A stretch of DNA of 64,000 nucleotides from Plasmodiophora brassicae (GCA_036867785.1 CP145417.1:310001-374000), one strand, 5' to 3'. Shown: positions 37,585 through 50,850, counted from the first letter of the stretch. Notes: generated from the letters alone by a model not told the origin. Made by a program: numbers and translations.

Positions 37585-38330
37585 CAAACGAGTGCTCCTA
37601 CCCAAACGGCCAACGATCAAGGACACCCTCAGTCTCGATGAGTAAATCATTCGAATGACGCCGGGGCTGCGCTGGCCACTGACAACGAATCGGGTTCCGA
37701 GTGCAGATGAAGGCATTAGCGACAGACGATCCATCGCAAGGGTAACTGCCCCGCATGGCACTTCCACGCATCCGCCAAGCACGTAACGTTCCCAGGCATA
37801 CGTGGAGTGTCGGGAGGTGGCCTACGTCGTCGACCATATTCGTAAGATGTGGTGGTCGAGAGCATCGTGCGCACGAACGAGCCGGCGAAGTGACCATGAT
37901 CGTGAATGCGTCAGCCGAGGTCGCGCCTGACACTGACACGGACCGCGTTGGTGTTTGACATTCCGTGTATGCCTTGCGAATCGAATCGACAGCGCCGACC
38001 ACCTCCCGACATTCCGGGCGGGGGAACGCAACGTGCTCGGGAGCGCTACGCTTGGCAGTTGCCCATGCGGTGTGTGTAGACGCCTTCATCTGCAGTCAGA
38101 ACCCCCGGTGATGACGAACGGCATGTCCCCCCTGCGTAAGAGTGCCGATGGGGCCGACCCCGTTACACCGATGCCATCTGATGTAGGAGCAAACCTCATT
38201 GGAGCAAATCTCATTGCAATACAGCGACACGTGACGACGCCGACTGCGGCGGTGTGGCCCGCGGACTACCGAGACGGGGGTGTCCTCCGTCGTCCGTCTC
38301 CAACCCATTTCGGCAGTACTCGCTTCTGGG
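37585..38330. repeat. Degenerate long inverted repeat with a 126-bp spacer
   Basis: Colinear matching blocks between + 37585-37846 and - 38330-37973, e.g. GGACACCC..GTCTCG, GGGTTCyGAsTGCAGATGAAGGC, GGGyAACTGCC, AGCACGT..CGTTCCC, GGArTGTCGGGAGGTGG and ATTCGyAAG. Confidence 0.8.
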
Positions 38331-38359
38331 CCGACCTGTAATACGGTAGTTGCACGACC

Positions 38360-41300
38360 ATGTCGTCAGTGCAGGATCTGGCGCGCCTGCAGCGACAGAT
38401 GGAGCGAGGTGCGGCGGTCGGTGACTGGCTGAACGCCGAGTCGTACGCCAACGAGGCAGGCGTGCTGGCCAGGGAGCTCGGCCGGTACTCTCAGTCGGCA
38501 ACCCTGCACAAAGAACAGCTGGTGTTCGCCAGGAAGACGGATCAGGCTAGTTGCGTCGTATGTCGGGATGGATGGGCTCACATCGCTGATGACTTACGTA
38601 GGTGTCGGCTGATATCGCGAGAGCATTCCGATTCCTGGGCCTTGCATATCAAGCCGAATTCGAGGACGAGGATACGAATGAGTCTGTGAAGGAGTCCCGC
38701 ATCGATGAATGCTTGAAAGCCTGGCTAGAGGCCTACGAGGTCGCGAAGCGCTTGTCGGGTGACTGTCCCGCCTCTCGGCAGGAGTACGGCTACTCGCTTC
38801 TCAATCGTATTCGCTGGACACACCTCCGCTATAGTGATCGTGTTGACTTGGACCTAGTTGGTGTGGCGTATAACCTTCGGAAACGAAAGGGAGATGCAAA
38901 GCTGGCCATTCAGTACCTTCGAGAATACGTTGACCTTATGAGAGGTCGAGTTCGATCCCACGTCAGCAACGACGATGACAAGGATGACCTATTCAAGGGA
39001 ATTTTCCAGCTCGGGGAGGCCATTGCTGATGTAAAGCATTCTGGGCCTGTATGCTGAGCGTTAATCTGACGCCTGGTTCTCTGCAGTACTATTGCTCGTT
39101 TGAGTTTATTGTTGATGGAGCGAGTGGCGTTGATCCGACCGAAGCTATTGCGCTCTTCGACGAGTACATTCGCACGCACCCGACGTAACCAGTAACGCTG
39201 CATTGCATGACATGTGGCCCTCTCATTATCGTTCTCCAGGTTTGTGCCGGGCTCGCTGCACTCTGGCGCTGAGCAGTTTGACCTTTGTAACCAGTCTGGC
39301 GAACCATTGCATCTATATATCCGACTTCTCAACGCCTTTTGAATCAGAATCCTTTTCGACAAAGGCGTCCTTCTTTCCAACATGGGGGAGCAATACAGCG
39401 ATGAGGCCGAGTCTGTGTTAAGGTCGGTTCGCGGCGCTGAATATCGAGTTCCCGCTCGGACTCGTTTGGCGGAATTCCTGCTGGAACATTTCAGGTTTGC
39501 TGACGCCATTGCGGAGCTGAAATCGGTAATGCACTAATGCATCAACGTTTCGATGACGACTAACCTGTGTACCATGCGTGCAGCTGATAACCGTCAGCAA
39601 AGACAACGCCCATATTTACGAAGAATACGTAAGCAAGATAGAGGAGATCCAAGACGAGCTAGACCCGTATGAACGCTTGGTCGCAAATGCTGTTGCACTG
39701 CTGATGGTTTCTTAGCCATAGATCTTCAAAACTTGAGCTTGCACTTGCACTTCGCACACGCGACATGCATTCTTCCGCCGTGCATATATATGATGAAATT
39801 CTCCGGTTCGACCTAGATGACTTATCGCTTCGGCATGAAGCGTGGATGGAGCGGGTACTGTGCACTATTGGAATGTCGTTCGGGATGCGTCTGATTGGTT
39901 GTAGGTTGACACGCTCGAGAATGAGTTTGATCTCACAGGGGATGAGGACGGTGTTTTCATTCCTCCAAAAGAAATCGAAGACTCTTTCAGACGTTGCATC
40001 AACGAACTATCCGGTCACCCTGAACTTCAGCTGCAAGCAATGCACCAGCTTGGTTTGCATTTTGAGAAGTACAACCTGATACCTCAGGCTAAGGAGGTAA
40101 AGTGGAGGGTTTCGATTCAATCTTCGTGCATCACTAAGTGTCTTTGTCAGACGTTTCAAGAAGTAATCAGAGCAAGCGTTGGCATACCTGTGGGCGACCG
40201 GTTTTCGCTTCGCGCTGAAAAGGCGCTACTCAGAATCAGTTCTCAGCAGCCTTCCCAGAAACACCATGGTATCAACGCCTAAGGAACATAGAAATGTGAC
40301 ATAATATTGGGACGCGTAGAAGAGCGCCCTGAAGAAGCGCAATCCACACGGGACACGAGAATATATGAAGAAGGTATATTGTAGTTGTGCGTACTATTGC
40401 TATGTATTAGATAGTGATTATACTGCTGTCCCCGACAGATAATCATCGAGCTTCGAATCTGTCACGGTCGCCGTCACCATCCAAGCGAGGGTTGGCTAAA
40501 CTCAAGTCGTCGAGGCCCCGACCTAAAGAATCGGAATCCGAAACGTCGAGCCAAAGTTCAGGCGAGCTTCTTGAAGATGTCCCTTCAGACGAGGATGGGG
40601 TTCCGACAAGTGTTCATCGCCGTCTATGTATGTAGGGTCACCTGTTGTTCTTTCCATTATAACCGCCTTGCAGATGCAGTTGATCCAATGCACGTTGGTC
40701 CCCGGGAAACACCTCGCAGACAGGTCGGGAAGCCACAGGATTTATGCACCGTTGAGAACAGCCCAGAACTAGCGGTCAGCTTATATGACAACGTAGAAAC
40801 GTGTTCTTACGCTCTCCTCAGAGGTTGAGATTAGCAACGGCCAAGAAAAGCGGCGATATTCGCGAAGTCGCAGACTGCTGCCGCGCCATTGGGGAATGGC
40901 TGTGGAATGCTGACAGACCAGCAGAGGCACTACAGGAGTTCACGAAGCAGCTTGAGTATGAAGTTGCTCTCCGGTGAGGACGATGATAATGGCTAAACAG
41001 GCGCAATTTAACTATTGGCCAGATGCGAAGAGGGGCAGATGATAGCGTGCGCCCGTATTTCTCGATGCCACCGTGAACTACGACACTGGGCGCTCTCTGT
41101 TGAATACGCTGAGAAGGCATGCTTTTGACGTGACCCGATGTGGAAGTCGCTACTAACCCCCCGCTCAGTATCTTGGTTTCGCGCGCCCATTGGATGTTAT
41201 GGAGCGTCATTCGGCTTTATTAGACATAAGCACCGTGCTATGGCAGTGGTACGTCCACTATGCTCTGGTATTAATGCATATCGCTGCTGACGGTAAGCGC

Positions 41301-44300
41301 CTTCAGGTCAGAAGAGTTTCTTGAAGTGCCGTTTCAATTACCGGCTCGCCACCGATTGCTGAACCGGGCAAGATCATTCCTGGACGAGTCGTTAGATGTC
41401 ATCAACCAAATTGCGAAGGAGAACCAGAAAGTCCTTGACGGAAAACTAAGATCGCTCTACAATCTTGTAACGCGTGCATTTCTGGCTAGAGGTGCTTTGT
41501 CGCTGATTGCCCGGCGCACTGTTCGAAGGGAAACGTGTGCACCGATCTGGGCGATGTGAAAAGCGCTGTGAAGATGTTTCGCGCCGCCCAAACGTTGCTG
41601 AAGCGTTGTGACTACGAGCTCGTTGTAGAATTTTCGTCAATGTGCAGCAACGGCCTCGGCCAGGCTTACCTGGTGGACGAATCGTACGTCTAACGCCCTA
41701 TTATCTGGTGCAAATAACTGACTTCACGATAGCTTTCACGAGGCGCGATCGGAATTTCGGCGCGCTCTAAAGTTCTTCGACCAAATTGACTGCCAAAATC
41801 CAGACACAAGGGATCAACGGTCTAAAGCCCTGATCAACCTTCTTCAAGCTCACTACCGCTGCTCTGCCGGTTATCCCAGGTTGCTTGTCGCGTTTCGTCA
41901 GGTACCTCTCCAGCGCATTCTGATCGGTAACTGTACGTTAGATTGAGTGACGCAGACCGAGTGCGAAGACAGCTGAGACTTCTTATGGAAGAGGCTGGAG
42001 AAAACGATGTGTGGGTTGAAGATGCAGAAAAGGTGTGGATGGCAAAGATCCGTTTATTTGTGGCGTCTAATAGCAATTGTCAGGCTCTATCCGATTTCGG
42101 CACGGCTAAATCGGAAATCCTCAAGTTTAACGAGCTGTCACAAAACCTTCAGGTTTGGAGCTGCCCTTTCTGCCATGGGTTATGCTGATGTATGGGGTAC
42201 AGGATGGCGTCCTTGCTGCTGCTAGAGAACTTACGATCCGGCGTGAAATGCTCGAGATTGCCGAGTTTCTTAGCAACTTTAGCGAAGTCGCAACGCAGGC
42301 ATCACACATTGTTGCGTTGACCACTGACAGGTTTTCCTTTGCCTTCGCTTCGAGTGCCCATGTAGTCTGATATTTGACGAAATAGATGCCATCAGCTATC
42401 GGCAATGTCGAAGTGGGCAATCGCTTTGCTCAAGCTGGGGAAATTCTCCCAAGTTGTCGCCGTCGCCCGGCAGCAACTTGAGCTCATTGCCGATGCGAGC
42501 AGTCCATCAGACGCTACCGTCCAAGACCACTTCTGGTGTTTATACCTGCTGGCGTATGCTCAGATGCAACTTCCCGGGGCTCGTCGCGTCGAAATCGACG
42601 GCGACTTAGCAGAAATGCGTCGCTTGAAGACGACGCTCTGTGGTGAGATCCCCAGCGCTTTCTCCTGTCACTACCTCATGCTGTCCTTCCAGGCAATGCT
42701 GTTCATTCAGACTGGCGGGTCACCCAAATGGAACTTGCGCTTCTGGAGCTCCAGCGAGGAAGCGGGGAAAATGGTGCAGATCCACATCGTATTGAACAGG
42801 ACATGGACAGACTTATCTCCTCGGGTGCGGGCTCGTCACGGGTAGGACGATTTAGAAGATGCCCATTTGTTCCATGGTCGTTCATGTGGTGTATCAGGAT
42901 ATGGAGGAAGATGAAGAATCACCCGATGAAGCAATTGTGGTCGATGTCCGAGCTCCTCCATCTCTCAAACGACCGGTTACCAAGTCCCGGGGTCGGACGC
43001 AGCCTAACAGCCGCCTCAAACGACAGCGAGTCGTTCATCATGCATCAGCTCCAGTGCCTCCCGAAAGTGCACTTCCAGACTTCAGTGATGCTGGCGTTGA
43101 CATTCGCGACCCGGAGGTACGCTTGCGTGCTCCATAATGCGTTGCGTGTGCCCATTTGTCAATCCGTGAACAGGTGCAGTCAGTTGATCTGAACGTTTCA
43201 CGCGAATCGGATCAACGATCATCGTCGTTGTCGTCACGCCGGTCGCTGTCAGTGCGTATCGCCATTGAACCGCACACGTTCATTGTCGTCTGTGATGTGG
43301 ATTCCACAATCAAATGGCTTGCTGATGAGGCTGCGGATCGGTACTTTCGGCTCGAGCGTCGAAAACCTGTCATTCAGCATCTGCTTTTCAATTTGGCCGT
43401 TGTCGATGCCAGTGACCGGGTCGTTTCGCTCGTTGAAGGGGCATGCATGGGCCCAGGTATTCAAGGTTTGTTCCTGATGGGCGCTTAGTTACTGATCGCG
43501 GTGTTATAGGAAGCCACGTTGAGTTCATTGCTGTCGTCAAGAAATGGGATGCTGTTTCGTTGCAAATGCGATACGATGAAGTGTGTCGAGAAAGCCCCGA
43601 AACCTTCGAGCCTGATGAAGACGTTCGTCATCGCCTTGCTGATCCGGTTTCAAAGTTCGTTGTCGCTACGTAAGCCAGAGTTTGTCCAGGATACACTAAT
43701 CGTGTGCTTCAGGATCGATCTGACATTCTGTCTGGCCGGGTCCAAAGGGCTGCTACCGTCGGTGAAAGTACTTCACCACCGCTCGGCCGACATTACCGAC
43801 CTGCTCTTTGACAATTCTGTTGGTCTACGTGCGTTCTTGCCATGAAACTGCCCCATTCACAAATTCTTGTGCTCAGGCTTTTGATGACTGCTGTGCCGAT
43901 CTCCTGTCTCTTGCTCTTCCCGCATTGTCTTCCTTGTCGGTTTTGTCACTTTCCAACACGAATATCACTTCAGAAGGTGCTACTATCGTTATTTCACGCT
44001 GTTCAGACTTGGAGACCATTGATCTACATTCGAACGATCTCCGGAATGTGCCGGCGATGGCGTTCGCCTCCTTCTTCGAAAGGAACAGCCGATTGAAATT
44101 CGTCGACATCAGGTACCTCTCATGCCCATCTTCAGGAGCGCTAACTTTAACATGTTTCTGTGTAGTTATTGCTGCATCCGATCTGTTTCATTCGGTGACA
44201 CCACCCGGCTGCCCTGTCTCACATGCTTCCGCGTCAACGGTAATCCACTCGTGGACGCAACCACTCTCTTGTCTCGACTAGCCGAACAGCCGGCTCTCGC

Positions 44301-45155
44301 TCGCGTCAACTTCGCGGCAATCGCGTCTGTCGATGCCCGAAGCATAGGCTTACTGATCTCCAGGTGCGATGCACTACAAGTTGTGAACGTATGTCATGGC
44401 GTTGTTGTTGCAATGTTGTAATGACGGATGAGGTGGCAGCTGGGGCAGCGATTCGTTTCCGAGGCTTTTGTGGAGGAGTTCGCCTCGTCTCTTCAGATAT
44501 CAGCGAGCCGGTTGACTGTACTGGATATCAGCGGAAGTCAGTTTGCACCGAACGCGTTCTCCACTGTAGGCTGTTTGGGCAACCATGTGTCTAAATATCG
44601 TGCCTTCTGACGCGGGCACTCTGCGAAGCTCTGTCGCCATCTGTTACAGGCAACGTCGGTGGAGAAATTGGTCCTGGATCACTGCAGAGGTTTATCACCA
44701 GCAGCGGAAGACATCATCCCTTTCGTGGAACTCATCCTCCAGGTCGGCTAATGTGTCCGATGTGGTCGCTCATTAACATGGGTTAAATCCTCAATAGGCA
44801 TCAGCCCTGAGTCTCGTGTCTCTTGTGGACTGCGAACTTGAGGACCAGATCGTCTTGGCGATGTTCGAAGGCCAGGCATCGCCTTGGCAAATTTCTCGCC
44901 CGTTCACTCTTGACTTCGCATACAATGCTATCACAACGGTACACGATATTGGCACGTCAACGAGGCTGCTCTGACACTGTTCAGGATTGTGTCGACCGGG
45001 TTCTGTCCGCGATTGGCTCCGAAGGTCGAACAGGGCTGACGATGTGTCTCCATGCCAACTGTGGCTTCGCCGACTCGCATGTTCAAGTGTGGAGGAGCCG
45101 CCACCCTAATCTCAGGTTTCAGACCGTTCGGTATATGCCGCTATCAGCGACATAA
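38360..45155 (+). CDS. TONSL: Tonsoku-like DNA repair protein (TPR, UBL, LRR), many introns
   Basis: TPR-like N-terminus (LARELGRYSQSATLHKEQL), UBL motif STIKWLADEAADRYF, VKKWDAVSLQMRYDEVC, and C-terminal LRRs (LSVLSLSNTNITSEG, LETIDLHSNDL). It may be two genes. Confidence 0.8.
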
Positions 45156-45644
45156 TGACCTCTTTTACTTTGCGGCCAGATTCGTCAAGACACACCAGGT
45201 CGACAACCTCGACGTTATGCCTGCTTAGAGACTTCTACTGTATTTATTCCCGTATGGTTGCAAATATTTATACAATATATCGTTTCCTATCGCGAGGCTC
45301 CTGCACTCGTCGCGTGACCGCATAACGCGCTCGTAACGAACATTCGCAAGTGCTACCAACGTTGCTGCGTGTAGCCGCTCTGGGAATTGGTAGGATGCAG
45401 CATGCGCCTGCTTCGTCAGGGGAATCAGATGCGGAATCTGACTGCGGCCCCACTATTGAGCGGCACGCACGACTTCCGGCTGTTTCTTGTGTTCTTGTCT
45501 GCCAAACCAAACCGTTCGTTCCTCCAGGCGGTGTCGTCGTCGAGGCCACACGGACTGCGTGAACGTTCGGCGCCGCAACTACGTAGAGGGCACCTCCTGA
45601 ACCAAGGCCGGCAGCGGCGATCCTGCCACCCCACCTGCACGGTA

Positions 45645-47099
45645 ATGGCGCCGGGAGCGGTCATCTTCTCGGCACTCGTCGTGGTTCTGGCATGGCGGCA
45701 GGCATCGGCCAGTGGTGATATGGATCCCGTGACTCGCAACGTCCTTCACCAATATCTGAGTATCGCGACGTCGGATGACGACGCGGTCCTTGCCAATTTC
45801 TTCAGTGACATTCCGGACCCGCACCTTCGTCAGGTCTATGCCGACATCCAGATCGAGCAGCATGGCCGATCGGGTGGTGAGGTATTGAACCTTCTCTGTA
45901 TCAACATCCTGAACCGCGCCCCGTTGCGTATCGTGCAGGTCCTGCTTGACAACGGCGCTGATCCTGGTACGCGCACGTTACCGACGAAGCGTTCCGCCCT
46001 GCACTTTGCCGCGCTCATGAAGCGTCCTGACGTCATTGATGCCTTCTTGCGACTGGGGACCCCGCCGGATGCGAACGCTAAGGACGAAGACGGGCGCACA
46101 CCTCTCGCCCTGGCCGTCTTGAGTCGCTGCGTTGAATGCGTCCATGTCCTGGTCGCACCCCGCCCTGGCAGGAACGATACCGTCGTCGACGTCAACGCTC
46201 AAGACGATAGGGGCCGCTCCGTTGTACTGCTCGCTGTCGAATCCCGCTCTCTTGCGACCGTCCAGGCTCTGATCGCCTATGAGGCATGTGTGAACCTTAC
46301 CAGCGAGGGCGGTGTCACCCCGTTGCATATCGCCTCCTTCAACGGGGACCTCGAGATGGTCGACGCGCTGCTGGGTGCAGGTGCCGACCCGAGCGCCAGG
46401 ACGACGTCGTTCCTGTACAGGGACGCCTTTGGCCAGGTCGTTCCGTGTGTTGATCGCGAAACGACTCCCTTGCATATCGCCTGTGCGTCCGGGCACACCG
46501 ATGTCGCCGTTCGACTAATGGATGCCGGCGCGGCGCCGACGTGTCGAGACGCGTCGGGGTCCACACCGCTGGACCTGGCGCGGTCGAAATCGAGACGCTT
46601 GGCACGCATCATCGCGACCAGGCTCGCGTCGCAGCCCAAATCCCAGCAACGGTCGCCATCGCCGAAGCCCGCTCCGAGTGTGCAAGCGGTGGCGAACTCC
46701 ACCAGCCAGGTGGTTGCCCCTGTCAGGAAGGCGACGACGAAGAAGAGGAAGAAGAAGAAGAACAAGCGTGCGGGCGCCAAACCAGACCTGGCAGAGCGGG
46801 CGACATCCTCTTCGCAGCAGCCGTCGGAAGAAGGATCCGTCGAAGGGCGGCCGGGCAGCGGGTCCTCGAACAGCGACGTTCGCCTTGTGCCGGGGCGCCA
46901 TGTCGGCCACGACGACTTGGTCTATCCGCGCGATTCGGCGTCCACGATTCGCCTCCGCTGGTTCGAGTTCCTCGCCGACGCCCTCCAGCTGGATGCCATG
47001 CGGGACGAGTGCCGCCGGATCCGCGCCGACCGCGCCCAACTGGACGAAGCCAACCGCGCCTGGCCACACTGGCTCGACCTGGCAACGCTGTCGTACTGA
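45645..47099 (+). CDS. Secreted ankyrin-repeat protein with a basic NLS-like tract, intronless
   Basis: Signal peptide MAPGAVIFSALVVVLAWRQASA; ANK motifs SALHFAA, GRTPLALAV, GVTPLHIAS, TTPLHIAC and GSTPLDLA; tract KKRKKKKNKR. Confidence 0.9.
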   Translation: MAPGAVIFSALVVVLAWRQASASGDMDPVTRNVLHQYLSIATSDDDAVLANFFSDIPDPHLRQVYADIQIEQHGRSGGEVLNLLCINILNRAPLRIVQVLLDNGADPGTRTLPTKRSALHFAALMKRPDVIDAFLRLGTPPDANAKDEDGRTPLALAVLSRCVECVHVLVAPRPGRNDTVVDVNAQDDRGRSVVLLAVESRSLATVQALIAYEACVNLTSEGGVTPLHIASFNGDLEMVDALLGAGADPSARTTSFLYRDAFGQVVPCVDRETTPLHIACASGHTDVAVRLMDAGAAPTCRDASGSTPLDLARSKSRRLARIIATRLASQPKSQQRSPSPKPAPSVQAVANSTSQVVAPVRKATTKKRKKKKNKRAGAKPDLAERATSSSQQPSEEGSVEGRPGSGSSNSDVRLVPGRHVGHDDLVYPRDSASTIRLRWFEFLADALQLDAMRDECRRIRADRAQLDEANRAWPHWLDLATLSY

Positions 47100-47399
47100 C
47101 CGGCCCGGCTCGGCAACCTGCTCATAAACCGTCCGTCGGCGGTGACACCGACTCCAAGAAAAGGCTTCGTTCTGGTAGCACTCGCCATTGCCACGTTGTC
47201 CCGGTTCGTTCGTCGCATGTCGCCAGCGACACGCCCATTACCGGCAATGCAGTATTGATCAGTGTATCACACATCGGCAGCGACCCACGAAGCGGGCGTG
47301 CGATGATCTAAAAGCGCAGGAGCGTGTCCGGAAATAGGCGGAGGTGGCAACGTGGTTGCCCAAGCGCCCGGTCGTCACTTGCCAGCGCGCCGTCGTGCC

Positions 47400-48222
47400 A
47401 TGCCTGCAGGCCGACGACGTGCGCTCGTCGCCCTGGCCGTCCTCGTCGTGCTGGCCTGCTGCGATGTCGTCGTCCCGTGCGCCGACGCCGACGTAGACGA
47501 GCTGGCCGCGTTGCTCGGCGCCCTGGACCTGTACCGATATCGAATCCGTCGTTCCCGCGCTCGTCTGTGTCTGACACGCGCGTTGCAGATCGAAGACGCG
47601 GTCGGCGCCAACGCCGCCGCCCGGTCGACAGGCAACGCGACCTGGCGCCAGTGAGGTCAGACGGGCAGGGAGACGCGCCGCGGCCCATCGCGCGTACCGC
47701 CCGCGTACGACGGTCCGGTTCGACCCAATAGCCGGTGCCACCGACGACGACGTCGGCCTGCACCGTTGCAATGCGACGAGGTGGTGGTGGTTGCCGACCG
47801 CGAACGCGCTACTGCCAGTCGGCGCTGGCGCTGCTGTCGTTGGCGGCGGTCATCTCCTGCTGTTGACCGCCAGGCGTCAACGTCAGCGCCGCGTCATCGA
47901 GCAGGACCATCGCCTGCGACGACGGATCGCAGCGACGACGACGACGACGCTCCGAATAGGAGGGGGCCTGGCCGCTGCTGGGCTCACCGCTGCGCTCCTG
48001 CTACGCCGACCCCGCCCGGCGCCGCTCGTCGTACCGCCGGACGGTGGACGACGGCGTACGAAGCTCGCCGCGTTCCACGATACGCTGCGGGACAACGTCG
48101 TCGCCGTCGTCGTCACCGGCGCCCTGGTCGCCCTCGCCATCGCCGCCGTCATGGTCGTCCGGTTCAGGCGCTGGCGAGGGTTCGTTCGCGATCACACCAA
48201 CGCCGTCGCCGCTTGGACATAA
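47400..48222 (+). CDS. Hypothetical membrane protein with signal peptide
   Basis: N-terminus MPAGRRRALVALAVLVVLACC, a probable intron ending near 47588, and a long frame ending in TM VVAVVVTGALVALAIAAVMVV followed by RFRR. Confidence 0.5.
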
Positions 48223-48363
48223 ACGATACGTCGTACGTAGCCCTGTTCGGGGCAGACGCTGACGCAGGTCGAACGTGCTGACGGGGGAGAGGAACCCGTC
48301 GCTGACGCAGGTCGGCATGATGGCGCGCGCGCGCGTGCAACCTGCGTCTTGTATGGTCAGTCG

Positions 48364-48836
48364 TCAGATGTCGCGAAACTGGGCGGGCGGTTCGGTGCGA
48401 AACTCCCAGACGTGTTCGGGGACGACGCCGGGGTCGCGCTCCGGGTACGCCCGCTGCAGGAGCGCCTTCGCGTCGTCGTACTTGGTCAACTTCAGGCGAA
48501 GGCAGGTCATCATCTCGTGCAGCTGCCGGTAGCACGTCTGCAGCGAACGGTATCAGTCCCGATAAATACCCAGCGCGCACGCGTGACGCCGCACATCGGT
48601 CTGCCCATGGACGTACATCTGCTGGAACTGATGACGAGGTGCTATACGAACGCGTTAGGCCGGATCCGGGCAGCATGGCGCCGACGTACTGTAGCAGCTG
48701 TACAGCTGGTCCAGCGCCTTCATGCAGTCCAGCTTCCTCGGATCTGACCACGATCGTCACCAGGCGGGTTCTCACGAAGCGGTTGCCCCCCCCCAGACGC
48801 TCTACCGTTGTCCGGGTTCCAGTTCCACGACGCCAT
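48364..48836 (-). CDS. DUF3128/Emi1-family small Cys-motif protein
   Basis: Spliced DCMKALDQLYSCY, HQFQQMYVHG, CYRQLHEMMTC and EHVWEFRTEPP, matching the family pattern C..A.D....C / Q...Y..G / C.........C / VW..R..P. Confidence 0.75.
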
Positions 48837-49092
48837 CGGTGGAGGCCGCCGGAGTTCCGGGCGCGACGACTGATGGATGGGCAGCTGGACCCAGAGGGAG
48901 GAGCAGCGGCGCTTGAGCCCCCCGTGAGGGCCAATGGAACGCCGCCGCCGAGTCGAACAAAAAAAAACGACGGATGGCGTCGCCGACGAGCGTCGTTTTT
49001 GCTGCGGGATTCTCGTCAGACGCAGACGACGGCGGCGGAGGCCACGCCCCGGGGGACTGGCGACATTGCATCCCGTGCTGGATGAGGGCGAG

Positions 49093-50680
49093 ATGCGATG
49101 GGTCGAATTCAAAGAGCAGCTGAGGAAGGCGGCTGAAGTGACGCCGTCGCAAAGCGCCTCGCTGCTGACGTTGTGGAAGATGTCATCGCAGGTCGTCCGT
49201 CTGGATGTTGTCTTGGCGTTGGAGGTGACGTCCGTTTAGATTGCACGGCTAGGCGAGCAGGACGAACGGGAGGGCAACCTTGAACGTGCCTACATGTACT
49301 ACATGCGTGCCGTCAATATCCTCGTCACGGTAGAGTTCCGCCTTGAGCCCTGCCGTTCGTTGCGTCGGTCCTCAGCAACAACACCAGATTGCTCCGAAGA
49401 ATCCAGAATATGGCCGTCAGTTGAAGATTGAACGACAGCGATATCGGGACATGGCCGAAGGGCTGATCGCGAACCTGGAGAAAATCACTGTGATACTCCA
49501 GGAGAGGTACGATGCTCCGACGCCGCTCCCGTCGCCTCCTTCCGATCCTGCCTTGCCGCCTCCGTCGTCGCTTCCTGAGCCTGTTCACGAAGAGAAGCAA
49601 TTGGATGCACAACAACCAGGAGTCGAATTCAATAATCATCTTCCTGAAGATGATGCTTCCCGCCCTGTAGAGGTCCTTGCGCCGAGTGCGCCTCCTCCTG
49701 TGGTATGCTCCTTTTGAAACAGTCGGTATATAGACCTGAAAGATGTGTGTTAAGGAGGATGGGAACACCGACTCGGATGTTGATGATACGTTTGCCAACC
49801 TTCGATTGTCGTATACGACGACAATTCCGAAGGGTCCAAACTGTAAGGTTTCCACTCATGATTGATGGCCTGGTTACTGAAGTGACGGCGGTCAGCGAAC
49901 GTGGCCCATTCGCCTCCAACCCCCTCGCAGGCGCAAATCTTGAAGAGCCTGTCTGAACCGTGCAGAATGCATATACCAAGCGATGCGCCCTGGGAGTTTC
50001 TTCGGTAATGCTCAATAGCACCCAAAGGTTGTTGCTTACGTCGGGATTTGTAGGATAGCTGAACCCAATACCAAGCGTGACGTTGAGACACTTGGCATCT
50101 TGATGGGACCTCGGATTAAGAACGAATTCTTCGTCACCCATGTCGGTGTCAGCCTGCGAACGTAATATTGGTCGTCGTTTCTGAGGCAGCTGGTACTCTG
50201 CAGATATTCCTACCGAAGCAGGTTGGTACCTCGAACACTGTTGAGCAGAACGATGAGATGGAGCTCTTGGACTTTTCCCTGAGCAACGACATGTTCACAC
50301 TTGGATGGATCCATACGCACCCATCTCAATCGTGCTTTCTGTCGTCCGTCGATTTGCATACGCAGTTCTCCTATCAGCGCCAGCTGGACGAAGCTATTGG
50401 GATCGTGATGGCCCCGTCCTATAAGGAAAACATCGGATTCTTTTCAATCACAAGGAAAGGGATGGACGTCATTAAGGCATGTCACTCTTGATCCAACTGG
50501 ACCCTTCCTGTGGCGACTCTTACCCGTGCCTTATAGGACTGCGGCAAGAGGGGATTCCACGAACATGGTCAGAATGAGGGTTTGTACGGCAAGTCTGCCC
50601 ACGTTGTTGTTCGCAACGATTTGCAGCCGGTCAAAATCGTTGATGCAAGGAGTAGGAATTACTCAAAGGCATCCAAATGA
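49093..50680 (+). CDS. AMSH: AMSH/STAMBP-like JAMM deubiquitinase
   Basis: EGNLERAYMYYMR (USP8-dimer/MIT-like domain), IFLPKQVGTSN, JAMM motif LGWIHTHPSQSCFLSSVDLHTQFSYQ and CGKRGFHEH. Confidence 0.93.
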
Positions 50681-50850
50681 ACATTGAATTCCGAGCAACC
50701 GCTGCTTCAACGACTATTCCCTGTACGCTTGCAAATCGTCAAGCAATGCGCGAAAGGCGCTGTGCAAGACATAGCAATTGCTCGAAACGTGATTGTAAGG
50801 ACAACGTGACGCAAATCTGTCGATAGTCGAAAGCGAGCATGTCGTCCTGC

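Noticed and set aside
45155-47099. Ankyrin gene as the split-off ankyrin domain of TONSL
   Set aside because: It lies after the TONSL stop, has its own signal peptide and lacks recognisable TONSL ankyrin features.
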